A DNA stretch of 64,000 nt from a virus. Positions 9,211 to 19,143 of the stretch are shown piece after piece (position 1 is the first letter of the stretch; each line of letters opens with the position of its first letter). The stretch is taken from the IMG/VR virus record IMGVR_UViG_3300042879_003514, positions 1 through 64,000 of that record; one strand, written 5' to 3'. The position numbers and the translations under genes are program-made. The notes under the pieces are model-generated. The model did not search any database. It had not been told where the DNA came from and worked only from the letters and a program-made list of their open reading frames with translations.

Positions 9211-9589
9211 CCAAATTAACGAACAATTACAGATAATAGCATCTCAAATAAATTTTAACGATAAAAAAAGACTATTATTTATTGTACCAGAGAGTGCTGG
9301 AGACATATTTTTATGCACAAGCCTATTACCAAATCTTAAAATTATGTATCCTGATTTTGAAATTTATTTTTCGTGTTATCCTAGATATCAGTCAATACTA
9401 AAAAATAATCCAAACATAACCAAAGTTATAAATTATTATCCCGTGATGGACAATCAAATTATAATGGAGGGTACAGGAGAATGGTCAGGATTGTTTGATA
9501 TTAGTATAATGGCTACTACTCTAACACAAAGAATTATTAATTATTTACATAATGGACTTAGTCAAATTATGTTCGATATGAGGAACTAA
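9203..9589 (+). CDS. GT9 (heptosyltransferase)-like N-terminal half
   Basis: ESAGDIFLCTSLLPNLKIMYP; ILKNNPNI. Confidence 0.65.
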   Translation: MNDQINEQLQIIASQINFNDKKRLLFIVPESAGDIFLCTSLLPNLKIMYPDFEIYFSCYPRYQSILKNNPNITKVINYYPVMDNQIIMEGTGEWSGLFDISIMATTLTQRIINYLHNGLSQIMFDMRN

Positions 9590-10144
9590 ATGCACATTCT
9601 AGAAACATACGCTCTGCTGTCTGGATCAAAAATTAATAAATGTTTTATTGAAGAAGAAGTAATAGAGTTACCTAAAAATAAATATGTTACATTTCATCCC
9701 TTTAGTCCTAAAGGAAATAGTAGGCAGTATGATCATTGGAATATAGTTATAAGATCATTAATAAATAATAATTTTGAGTATGAAATAATTCAAGTAGGAG
9801 AATTATCTGATACTAAATATGATCACACCAATACCTCTTATCTTGGTAAAACAAATTATCATTCATTGGCTTATTTAATTAAAAATGCTAGTCTCCATTT
9901 AGGATATGATAGTCTGCCAATTCACTTGGCTTCTTATTATGATATACCAATAGTAGGCATTTACGCATGGTATGCAAAAAATTGTGGCCCATACTTCTCA
10001 TCTTCTAAAAAAGTAAAAATATTGGAACCAGATTTTACAAAGACAAAACCTACATATGGTGATACAGACCCATATAGATTAATAAATAATATTTTACCAG
10101 ATGATATATGTTTAGCTATAAATAGTTTACTAGGAATTAAATAA
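9590..10144 (+). CDS. GT9 (heptosyltransferase)-like C-terminal half
   Basis: IIQVG, LIKNASLHLGYDSLPIHLAS..IPIVGIY. Confidence 0.75.
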   Translation: MHILETYALLSGSKINKCFIEEEVIELPKNKYVTFHPFSPKGNSRQYDHWNIVIRSLINNNFEYEIIQVGELSDTKYDHTNTSYLGKTNYHSLAYLIKNASLHLGYDSLPIHLASYYDIPIVGIYAWYAKNCGPYFSSSKKVKILEPDFTKTKPTYGDTDPYRLINNILPDDICLAINSLLGIK

Positions 10145-10145
10145 T

Positions 10146-11087
10146 ATGAATATAAGTGTCAGACTTGAGGGCGGTCTTGGGGATTGTTTGTTGGGTAATA
10201 GGTTTGTTGCCGCAATTAAAGAAAAATATCCACAAGCATCTATTACAGCATACATTGATAGTGAAGGTAAGACTTTTCAAAAGGAAGCTCTGGAAAGTTT
10301 ATACCCATCTATGTATAAAGAAATAAAGATTATTCAATCAAAAAAATATAAAGAATTTTGGATAGATTGTCAATTTGGTGCAGATAACTATCATGGCGGC
10401 TTGGAGAACGTACCAGACGATATCTTGTCAGAAATGAAATCTTATGACAAATTTTATGATCTGCATATTGATTCTCTTAAATGGTTAGATTATGATTTTG
10501 ATTGGCTTAGATATTTTAAATATTTTCCTAGACCAGAAATTACTAACAATAGTAGTGAGGATTATATAGTATGTCATTTAGCTAGTGCAGCATCGGTTGG
10601 ACATAGACTAGACATATCTTATCTAAAAACATTATTAACAAAATTACATGATACTATAACGCAAAATATTTATTTAATCTCAACTGTAGAAACGAATCAT
10701 TTTTATGATTCTGTATCTCATCTCAGTAGAATGAAAATTTTTAATGGATCAATTAAAGATGTGTCATCTCTTATTTCAAATGCGAAGATGATGATATCAA
10801 CAGATAGCGGCTTTAGATACATTGCATATGGATATAGTATTCCTACAATAACGTATTCTCAGCAATCACCACACCCGTGCTTTGCCTTACCAAGCCATCA
10901 ATTAAGATGGTTAATGTTTCCTGAAACATGTTTTCCTTTAAATTTTGATGCTGATTTTATATGCGATTTAACACATAAGATTATTCACAATAATGGATAT
11001 ATATTATTACCATACTTACAGAATTTTGATTTACAAGCTGTTCGTAGAGTATATACCATAAATAAAGAAAAGACATTATTAAAATGA
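10146..11087 (+). CDS. GT9-like glycosyltransferase
   Basis: GGLGDCLL...IKEKYP and ISTDSGFRYIA..IPTI. Confidence 0.75.
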   Translation: MNISVRLEGGLGDCLLGNRFVAAIKEKYPQASITAYIDSEGKTFQKEALESLYPSMYKEIKIIQSKKYKEFWIDCQFGADNYHGGLENVPDDILSEMKSYDKFYDLHIDSLKWLDYDFDWLRYFKYFPRPEITNNSSEDYIVCHLASAASVGHRLDISYLKTLLTKLHDTITQNIYLISTVETNHFYDSVSHLSRMKIFNGSIKDVSSLISNAKMMISTDSGFRYIAYGYSIPTITYSQQSPHPCFALPSHQLRWLMFPETCFPLNFDADFICDLTHKIIHNNGYILLPYLQNFDLQAVRRVYTINKEKTLLK

Positions 11088-11737
11088 ATGAATTTAATAT
11101 ATATAAAAAATATATAACATCAGATAGTATATGTTATGATATCGGTGCTCATATAGGTGAAATTGCTATACAGATGAAAGAACATTGTGCCGAAGTATAT
11201 GCTTTTGAGCCATCACAAAATAATTTTAATATTTTAAAATCTAATTGTGAAAAACTAGATATTAAATGTTTTGATATAGCGCTAAACGATAAGTCTTATG
11301 ATTGCCTCACTCCGTTCAAAGACTGTAGAACTGATTATATTGACAATAGTGGCAAAAAAATGGATACTATACAGCATATCAAATATGATACCTTAAAAAA
11401 TATAATCACTACATACTCATTACCAAATCCTTCTTTCATAAAAATTGATATAGAAGGAATGGAAAGCATTGTTCTTAAAACACTAGATTTTTTATTTACT
11501 GGATGTAGACCAGTTATATATGTTGAAATTCATGCACAACCTAAAGATCTTGATAATCAAAACTATACAAACAATCCTCATTGGTTATGGGTTGAAGATG
11601 GCGGATTTGATTTTAATATTCTAAAAAAATATTCATATAATATAGTATTTGAGTCAAACATCCTACCAAATGACACAGACTGGAACCCAAGACCAGGAAC
11701 ACACTCCGGATATTTATTACTACCAAACCAAGGCTAA
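11084..11737 (+). CDS. FkbM-family methyltransferase
   Basis: YDIGAHIG, YAFEP, FIKIDIEGME. Confidence 0.9.
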   Translation: MNEFNIYKKYITSDSICYDIGAHIGEIAIQMKEHCAEVYAFEPSQNNFNILKSNCEKLDIKCFDIALNDKSYDCLTPFKDCRTDYIDNSGKKMDTIQHIKYDTLKNIITTYSLPNPSFIKIDIEGMESIVLKTLDFLFTGCRPVIYVEIHAQPKDLDNQNYTNNPHWLWVEDGGFDFNILKKYSYNIVFESNILPNDTDWNPRPGTHSGYLLLPNQG

Positions 11738-11742
11738 TAATA

Positions 11743-12423
11743 ATGATTGACAGAAATAAAATTTGTTTAGCATCAATTCATACGCCAGATATGCAAATAT
11801 TAGCAGATATTACCTGGGATATGAACAAGAAAAAATATTGTGAAACCAAAGGATATGATTATAGATTGAAGATTCAAACTGAACCATATAGTGGTTTTGA
11901 TAAAATTTTATTTTTAGATACAATCATACAAGAAAATAAATTTGAGTGGATTTTATGGTGCGATTGTGATACTTTAATTACTAATTTTAATAAAAATATA
12001 GAAGACATTATAGATACTAATTTTCATTTTTTTCTAACTAAGGATTATAACGATATAAACGGTGGTGTTTTCTTATTTAATACTTCAACTAAAGGTCTTA
12101 AGTATTTTTATCATATTAAAGAAAAAATGTATGAATTTGCATCTCAGAATGTTTATAAATTTGGAGAAGAACAAACAGCGATGATCTATACTCATAATGA
12201 TCCGCAATTTTCTGATACTATTAAAATATTACCACAAAGATCTATGAATAGTTATCCTTATGATAAAGTATATGGTCATCCAAATGGATATCTTGATAAA
12301 CTAGGTTTTAATGGTAATTGGCAAAAGGGAGATTTTATAATCCATATCCCCGGTTTTGGTCCAGACTTATTTCATAAAAGAATGGAACATTTTAATTATT
12401 TTATAAATGAGGTTATTCAATGA
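11743..12423 (+). CDS. GT34 (galactosyl/xylosyltransferase)-like glycosyltransferase
   Basis: WILWCDCDTLITN, INGGVFL, EQTAM, WQKGDFIIH. Confidence 0.8.
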   Translation: MIDRNKICLASIHTPDMQILADITWDMNKKKYCETKGYDYRLKIQTEPYSGFDKILFLDTIIQENKFEWILWCDCDTLITNFNKNIEDIIDTNFHFFLTKDYNDINGGVFLFNTSTKGLKYFYHIKEKMYEFASQNVYKFGEEQTAMIYTHNDPQFSDTIKILPQRSMNSYPYDKVYGHPNGYLDKLGFNGNWQKGDFIIHIPGFGPDLFHKRMEHFNYFINEVIQ

Positions 12424-12980
12424 ATATAAGCTTAATCAAACCTAATGGAGCAGCAGTTGATGTTGCACACGGTATGTTGATATTTGGCTCAATGCTATCT
12501 GCTAAACCTAATAATATATTAGAAATTGGTATAGGTACAGGTTTTATTACCAATCTTTTACTAGATGGTGTCGCACACAACCAATCTGGACATCTAACAT
12601 CTGTGGATAATTTTTATGACTTGGGTGGTAATTTACCTAATCAAGTTTTAGACAAATTAAAGCAAAGAGATAATCTTAGTATCATAGCGCCAATTGAAGA
12701 AAAAGATTTCGTTTTATCGTGTAAAGATAATCAATACGATTTTTTAGTTTCGGATGGCGATCATGTTCATGCCGGGGAGTGGGTAGATGAAATTTTTCGT
12801 ATAATGAAACCAAATTCTTTTATGTTTTTTCATGATATAAATAATACTGGCTTCCCAGGACTATATAACTATAAGATACTATCTGATAAATATAATAAAC
12901 CCAACTATTTATTTACAAAATCTTCTAGGGACGATGAAGAATGTCATAGAGGACTATTAATGGTAATTAATAAAAAATGA
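12420..12980 (+). CDS. class I SAM methyltransferase (Methyltransf_24-like)
   Basis: LEIGIGTG, DGDH, FFHD. Confidence 0.8.
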   Translation: MNISLIKPNGAAVDVAHGMLIFGSMLSAKPNNILEIGIGTGFITNLLLDGVAHNQSGHLTSVDNFYDLGGNLPNQVLDKLKQRDNLSIIAPIEEKDFVLSCKDNQYDFLVSDGDHVHAGEWVDEIFRIMKPNSFMFFHDINNTGFPGLYNYKILSDKYNKPNYLFTKSSRDDEECHRGLLMVINKK

Positions 12981-13636
12981 AATCTTTTTTTAAACGATAC
13001 GAAAATGGTGATAGGCCACTAGGGTCGAGATTGGCCACACTTAAAATAGCACTTAGTCTATTAGACAGAGACAAAAGTAATAATTTTGTAGAAACAGGAA
13101 CAACAAGAAAAACTATTGTTACACACCCAAATATTGAAGATAGGGCTGCTGATGGTGGATCTACATTATTGTTTGCGGATTTTGTTTATAATTATGGTGG
13201 TCATGTCTGGACTTGTGATATAGAAAAATCAAATATAGATAATTGTAAAATAGCTACTGAAGAATATAAAAAACATATTTCTTATCAGACAGAAGATTCA
13301 GTTATCTTTTTACAAAACTTTACAGATAGTATAGATTTTTTATATTTAGATTCGCTAGATAGTCAGAGTCCAAACGCGAACCAGCATCAACTAGAAGAAA
13401 TCAAAGCAGCTTATAGTAAATTAAATTATACATCAATAATAGTGCTTGATGATATGGGTAGTAAAACAACACTATCATCATCTTTTTTAAGAAATAATAA
13501 TTGGTGTCAAATCTTATTAGATATACCATACCCATCCAATTATAATAATTTTATTCAATGTGTTTTTGTTCACGAAAGTTTATTATATATTGATCATTCT
13601 CAGATTCCTCTAGAACTTAGATATAAAAATATATGA
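12977..13636 (+). CDS. class I SAM methyltransferase-like
   Basis: VETGT, DFLYLDS, VLDD. Confidence 0.75.
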   Translation: MKSFFKRYENGDRPLGSRLATLKIALSLLDRDKSNNFVETGTTRKTIVTHPNIEDRAADGGSTLLFADFVYNYGGHVWTCDIEKSNIDNCKIATEEYKKHISYQTEDSVIFLQNFTDSIDFLYLDSLDSQSPNANQHQLEEIKAAYSKLNYTSIIVLDDMGSKTTLSSSFLRNNNWCQILLDIPYPSNYNNFIQCVFVHESLLYIDHSQIPLELRYKNI

Positions 13637-14340
13637 AAATAGCAATGCAGTTGGCGGCAAATCGCAGATCTTTTCATAGATGTTATGATTCTTTTTATAA
13701 AAATATTCTATCTACTCTAAAACCTGACGTATTTATACACACCTGGGAATTACATGGTAACGAAAGACCAGATGTTACCACAGACGGGCCAAATCAAGAA
13801 TATATTGACTTATATAAACCAAATGCTTATTTAATAGAAGATCTAGTTTATGATTATCAACCATTAAATACCATGGTTCATCATTTTACATCCAGATTCA
13901 AAGTAAATCAATTACGTAAAGAATATGAAATAAAAAATAATATTAAATACGATATTATTATTATGGGTAGGCCAGATGTTAGACTAATTAATCCAGATAA
14001 GTCTAATTTGTATTCGTCAGTAAAAGGATCGGAACTTAAACCAGAATACTTGGAAATGGTAACAGAAGATAGTATCTGGATACATCATTTTAAAAATGGT
14101 TTACCGGCAGATTATTTTTTTTATTCTTCACCTAAGTGGATGGATATAGGAATAGAAGGTTGCTTTAATAATCTTGATAAGCTATCTATATACAAGCCAG
14201 GATCAGAAAGACTATGGTGGTATATCTTACAACAAAATGGATTTGATAAAAACTGGTTTAAATATTATGGTAATTCTATCCATGATCAAGAACATATTGA
14301 TAAGTCATATAAATTATTTGATATAGAGTGTGTTAGATGA
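13633..14340 (+). CDS. putative glycosyltransferase
   Basis: DVFIHTW, YDIIIMGRPD, D.F motifs typical of glycan-locus GT-A-like proteins. Confidence 0.55.
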   Translation: MKIAMQLAANRRSFHRCYDSFYKNILSTLKPDVFIHTWELHGNERPDVTTDGPNQEYIDLYKPNAYLIEDLVYDYQPLNTMVHHFTSRFKVNQLRKEYEIKNNIKYDIIIMGRPDVRLINPDKSNLYSSVKGSELKPEYLEMVTEDSIWIHHFKNGLPADYFFYSSPKWMDIGIEGCFNNLDKLSIYKPGSERLWWYILQQNGFDKNWFKYYGNSIHDQEHIDKSYKLFDIECVR

Positions 14341-14969
14341 AATACAGTAAATTCTATGAAACATATGGCCATTCATATGAGGAATATAATAGATCTCATA
14401 AGGATCGTTTAGATTTTTTAGTAGAGGATCTTAGATTAAATAAATTAGAAAATCATTTAATTGCGGATATAGGTTGTGGATTAGGTTTTATATATAATAG
14501 ACTAAATTTAGAAATTCAAAAAAATTATCATGGTTATGACGGAGCAGAAATTAAGGATTGTCCTTTCAATTATATTCAAACAGATCTAGACACCTTTACT
14601 ACAAATGAACAAGATAAGTATGATGTTGTTTTTTGTTTTGAAACAATAGAGCATTTAACAAATCCATATAATTGTTTGTTACAAATTAAAAAGATGCTCA
14701 AGCAGGATCATTATCTTTACTTAACTATACCCAACGTACAAACAACTCATAATACTATTTATCCAGGACTATTGTATCCAGTAGATAATTTTATTGTGTT
14801 TTTAAAACAATTGGCATTTGATATTCAGAGACATATAATCCACGATAAATCCTTTTATCAAGAAGTATTTATATTAAAAAATAAAGATTGGTCTAATAGT
14901 AAAATGCTATGGGAAAAAACAGAAGATAAATTTTATAATATTCCGCCACACATATCTGTTAATTTATAA
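14337..14969 (+). CDS. class I SAM methyltransferase
   Basis: DIGCGLG, YDVVFCFETIEHL, LTIPN. Confidence 0.85.
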   Translation: MKYSKFYETYGHSYEEYNRSHKDRLDFLVEDLRLNKLENHLIADIGCGLGFIYNRLNLEIQKNYHGYDGAEIKDCPFNYIQTDLDTFTTNEQDKYDVVFCFETIEHLTNPYNCLLQIKKMLKQDHYLYLTIPNVQTTHNTIYPGLLYPVDNFIVFLKQLAFDIQRHIIHDKSFYQEVFILKNKDWSNSKMLWEKTEDKFYNIPPHISVNL

Positions 14970-15779
14970 ATGAAAGCAATAGGATTTAATCAAGGTCAAT
15001 ATGGTGATCTTGTAATAAACTTGATAGCCTGCAAAGCATTTAAAGAAAAATTTCCAGGTAGTCAGTTAGTTTTTGGGATTAATCAAAAATACGAATCTAT
15101 TAAAGAAATATTTTTATATAATAAGCTTATTGATGATATACATGTCTGGGAATCCTATAATGATTGGCCATCTATCAATGATAAAAAGTTCATTAATGAG
15201 AACGAATTTAACTATGTATTCAATCCTATGCCGCTCCATAGTAGAGAAGATTGGTATTTATGTTTTCATCAGACGCAAGAAGTCTGTTTGATGCACGGAT
15301 TAGAACCACCACAAATTCTACAGGCAGAATTAAATCAATACTTCAATACCGAAAGACGCAACGGATATGTTGCAGTCAATCTCTTTGCTGAAACACTAGC
15401 GGATTCTCCAAAAATACCAAATTTAGACAAAGCTAAAGATTATTGTATTTTATTAAAAAAACTAGGATATAAGCCAGTACAAATTGGATTACATTCAGAT
15501 CCACAAATTTGTGAAGATAGATTTATAGGGACTTTTTTTGATACTATTAAATTTTCATTAGGTTGTGATTTTGTTTTTACAGTTGATTCTGCTATATCTT
15601 GGATTATGTCTGGATATAAACATAGAGTATTAGGAATCTATAACTATAAGTATTATCGTGGCGCTACGACATCAAAAACTTGGCAACCAATCAATCCTAA
15701 TGCTTTGTATATAGAATCAGATAATATTAATATAGATAATGAAATTATAGCTAGTCAGGTCAAATATTATGATAATTGA
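14970..15779 (+). CDS. GT9-like glycosyltransferase
   Basis: GQYGDLVI...KEKFP; VQIG; FTVDSAISW. Confidence 0.65.
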   Translation: MKAIGFNQGQYGDLVINLIACKAFKEKFPGSQLVFGINQKYESIKEIFLYNKLIDDIHVWESYNDWPSINDKKFINENEFNYVFNPMPLHSREDWYLCFHQTQEVCLMHGLEPPQILQAELNQYFNTERRNGYVAVNLFAETLADSPKIPNLDKAKDYCILLKKLGYKPVQIGLHSDPQICEDRFIGTFFDTIKFSLGCDFVFTVDSAISWIMSGYKHRVLGIYNYKYYRGATTSKTWQPINPNALYIESDNINIDNEIIASQVKYYDN

Positions 15780-16569
15780 TTGTTTTCCATTTTTTAATGA
15801 ACTAGATATTTTAGAAATTAGACTAAATATTCTTAATGATTTTGTAGATAAATTTATTTTAGTAGAAGCATCCAAAACACAATCAAAATTAGATAAGCCA
15901 TTTTATTTTGAAGAAAATAAGAAAAGATTTGATAAATTCTTAGATAAAATAATTCATATTAAAGTTACAGATTATCCAGATCAAAGTGGATGGGAGATGG
16001 AAAATTATCAAAGAAATTGTATTTTAAAAGGTTTAAATAATATTGAATTAAGCACTGATGATATTATTGGAATATCTGATGTGGACGAAATTTGGTCTCC
16101 AAATTGTATGGATTTAGTAAAATCAAATATAAAATATAACAATATTATCTCTATAGACATGAGATATCTCGTATTTTTTCTTAATTTAGAAACAGTTAAT
16201 AAAAGATGGATCGGCTCAGTATTCACTACTGCTAAACTTTTAGAAAAATATTCTCCTCAACATCTAAGAAATATAAAAGACCATGTTTATAATTTAAACG
16301 ATATGGGATGGCATTTTGGTTATCAGGGAGGCAAAGAAAAAGTTTATGAAAAATACTTATCCTGTATTGAGCCTTTAGATAAAAGTAAATTACCTAATAA
16401 AGAAAAATTTTTTCAAGAATTTAATAACAGAATTAAAGATAATGGGTCTTTTATTTTTTCTGATAACTTATCAGATCATAATATAAAATTAAATAAATTT
16501 GATACTAGTCAGCTTCCAGACTTCATTGTGCAAAATTTATCTAGTTATCACCATATGATACTAGAGTAA
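15769..16569 (+). CDS. GT17-like (beta-1,4-GlcNAc transferase family) glycosyltransferase
   Basis: DCFPFFNELDILEIRL, ENYQRN, SDVDEI, GWHF. Confidence 0.85.
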   Translation: MIIDCFPFFNELDILEIRLNILNDFVDKFILVEASKTQSKLDKPFYFEENKKRFDKFLDKIIHIKVTDYPDQSGWEMENYQRNCILKGLNNIELSTDDIIGISDVDEIWSPNCMDLVKSNIKYNNIISIDMRYLVFFLNLETVNKRWIGSVFTTAKLLEKYSPQHLRNIKDHVYNLNDMGWHFGYQGGKEKVYEKYLSCIEPLDKSKLPNKEKFFQEFNNRIKDNGSFIFSDNLSDHNIKLNKFDTSQLPDFIVQNLSSYHHMILE

Positions 16570-16646
16570 ATAAAAAAACGAACATTGATTTTTTCATGGA
16601 TCGCACTATTCATAATTGGTGAAAATACAGCAAGATACTGAATATA

Positions 16647-17900
16647 ATGAATTTCTCAATACCACCATATCTATATAATTTTAAAAAATTTGTCCCAGGC
16701 AAAACACAGATATGTTATTCTGGACCATTTTGGGATAATCTTGAAATTGAAGCAGCAATAGACAGCCTCTTACATGGTAAATGGATTACTGCTGGAGAAA
16801 AGGTAAATAAGTTTGAGTATGAATTTTCTAAAAGATTCAATACTTCTTATTCACACATGGTTAATTCTGGTTCTTCCGCAAATCTTATTCTAATAGCGGC
16901 CTTAAAAAAATATTTTGATTGGCAAGATAATGATGAAATAATTGTATCTCCTGTTGGATTTCCAACATCCATATCTACAATTTGTCAAAATAATCTAAAA
17001 CCTATTTTTATTGATATAGAATGGGATACTTTAAATTTTAATATAGATCTTATTGAACAAAAAATTTCTAAAAAAACAAAAGGTATTTTTGTATCTCCTG
17101 TTCTTGGTAATCCGCCAGATATGGATGCTTTAATAAAGCTATGTAATAATTATAATTTACAATTAATTGGAGATAATTGTGATAGCTTGGGTAGCAAATG
17201 GAAAGATAAATTTTTAAACGAATATTATGTAGCATTTTCAAATTCGTTCTATCCAGCCCATCACATATGCACTGGTGAGGGCGGTATGGTTTGCTCTAAT
17301 ATCGAAGAACTTAAGAAGTTATTTATGAGTCTTAGTTGGTGGGGAAGAGACTGCTACTGTGTTGGTAATGCCAATTTATTAGAGTGTGGAGTTTGTCAAC
17401 ATAGATTTGATAGATGGTTACCAGATTACAATGGAATTGTAGATCATAAATATGTGTTTTCAGAGATGGGCTATAATCTTAAGCCTCTAGATCTGCAAGG
17501 AGCTATAGGATTAGTTCAATTAAAAAAATTAGATACTATTGAGCACAATAGAAGAATTTCTAAGAATACAATTTCAACAATCTTTACTAAATATATTCCA
17601 GGAATATCAATTCCAAAAGTATTAGAACACTCAGACCCATGCTGGTTTGGAACACCGATTATCTGTGAAACTTTAGAACTCAAAAATAAATTAGTTCAAT
17701 TTTTAGAAAAAAATAAAATACAAACAAGAAATTATTTTGCTGGTAATATACTGATCCACCCCGGATACAAGTTTTTAGAAGATTATAAATTATATCCAGA
17801 AGCAAATAAAGTATTAGATAAAGTATTTTTTGTTGGAGCCTCTCCACATTATAATGAAGAAATTTTTCAATATATAGAGGATACTATTAAAAAATTATGA
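16647..17900 (+). CDS. rfbH: RfbH/DdhC-like CDP-4-keto-6-deoxyglucose 3-dehydratase (DegT family, PLP-dependent)
   Basis: VNSGSSANL, DNCDSLG, SFYPAHHICTGEGG (His in place of Lys), WGRDCYC, GYNLK, RNYFAGN. Confidence 0.88.
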   Translation: MNFSIPPYLYNFKKFVPGKTQICYSGPFWDNLEIEAAIDSLLHGKWITAGEKVNKFEYEFSKRFNTSYSHMVNSGSSANLILIAALKKYFDWQDNDEIIVSPVGFPTSISTICQNNLKPIFIDIEWDTLNFNIDLIEQKISKKTKGIFVSPVLGNPPDMDALIKLCNNYNLQLIGDNCDSLGSKWKDKFLNEYYVAFSNSFYPAHHICTGEGGMVCSNIEELKKLFMSLSWWGRDCYCVGNANLLECGVCQHRFDRWLPDYNGIVDHKYVFSEMGYNLKPLDLQGAIGLVQLKKLDTIEHNRRISKNTISTIFTKYIPGISIPKVLEHSDPCWFGTPIICETLELKNKLVQFLEKNKIQTRNYFAGNILIHPGYKFLEDYKLYPEANKVLDKVFFVGASPHYNEEIFQYIEDTIKKL

Positions 17901-18604
17901 ATATAGTAATATTAGGAAATGGTATACTCGCCAAAGAAATAATTTCTCAAACTAATTGGCCTTCAATTTCTAGATCTAAAGATGGTTTTGAACTGATGGA
18001 TAGATCCACATACGCAAAATATTTATTAGAAATTTATCATGGAGTTATAGTTACAAGAAAATATGATGTTATTATAAATTGCATAGCCAATACAGATACT
18101 TATTCAGATAATAGGTCGCTACATTGGGATACAAATTACAGAGGAGTGATATTGTTGTCCGATTTTTGTGAAGAACATGATATTAAACTTGTTCATATTT
18201 CTACCGATTATGTTTATACAAATTCTGTTAATGAGGCTAGCGAAGAAGATATACCTATTCATGGAAATAATTGGTACAGTTATACCAAATTATTAGGAGA
18301 TAGTTATGCGCAATTGAATCCTAAAAATTTAATATTAAGAGGTACTCATAAACCATATCCATTCCCACATAAAGAAGCCTGGGTAGATCAAATTGGAAAC
18401 TTTGATTATATTAATAATATTGCTAATTTGATTGTAAAAGTTATACAAAAAAATGAAACTGGAGTGGTTAATATTGGAACTGAAATAAAAAGTATGTTCA
18501 CCTTGGCCTCAAAAACTAATCATGTTATTCCTAAATTTACTAATAATAATATTCCTAAAAATATTAGTATGAATATTAAAAAACTACAAAAAATATTAAA
18601 TTAA
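17897..18604 (+). CDS. RmlD-like NDP-sugar 4-reductase
   Basis: LGNGILA, INCIANTD, HISTDYV, YSYTK. Confidence 0.8.
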   Translation: MNIVILGNGILAKEIISQTNWPSISRSKDGFELMDRSTYAKYLLEIYHGVIVTRKYDVIINCIANTDTYSDNRSLHWDTNYRGVILLSDFCEEHDIKLVHISTDYVYTNSVNEASEEDIPIHGNNWYSYTKLLGDSYAQLNPKNLILRGTHKPYPFPHKEAWVDQIGNFDYINNIANLIVKVIQKNETGVVNIGTEIKSMFTLASKTNHVIPKFTNNNIPKNISMNIKKLQKILN

Positions 18605-18605
18605 A

Positions 18606-19136
18606 ATGCAAAGATTAAAAAATCAAAGAACATATCTGGCTGGTGCTATGGATAGAGTTGCTGATCGTGGTGCAACTTGGAGGGATGATATAACCCCATA
18701 TCTTGAAAATTTAGGAGTTGTGGTTTTCAATCCTATAAGCAAGCCATCTGAAACCGGTCTAGAAGATCAAGACGCTCATACTATTAAAACTAAACTAAAG
18801 CAGAAATGCCAGTATGATGAACTATCTTTAATGATGAAAAATATAAGAGCAGTTGATCTTAGATTAGTAGATATTAGTGATTTTATGATTGTTAATCTGG
18901 ATCTCAATGTTCATCCTTGTGGAACACTAGAAGAAATTTTTTGGGCTAATCGACAGAAGAAGCCTATTATTATACATATGGTTCAAGGGAAGAATCAGAC
19001 ACCAGATTGGTTATTTGGTACAATACCTCACCAAATGATTTTTTCAACATGGGATGAAATTAAGAGTTATCTAAGTCATATTAATTCTTCCGAAAATATA
19101 GAGTCTCACAAAAGATGGTACTTCTTTTCTGTATAA
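18606..19136 (+). CDS. nucleoside 2-deoxyribosyltransferase / nucleotide N-glycosidase-like protein
   Basis: YLAGAM, VFNP, DL..VD.SD, GTLEEIFWA..KKP. Confidence 0.75.
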   Translation: MQRLKNQRTYLAGAMDRVADRGATWRDDITPYLENLGVVVFNPISKPSETGLEDQDAHTIKTKLKQKCQYDELSLMMKNIRAVDLRLVDISDFMIVNLDLNVHPCGTLEEIFWANRQKKPIIIHMVQGKNQTPDWLFGTIPHQMIFSTWDEIKSYLSHINSSENIESHKRWYFFSV

Positions 19137-19143
19137 GGATAAC

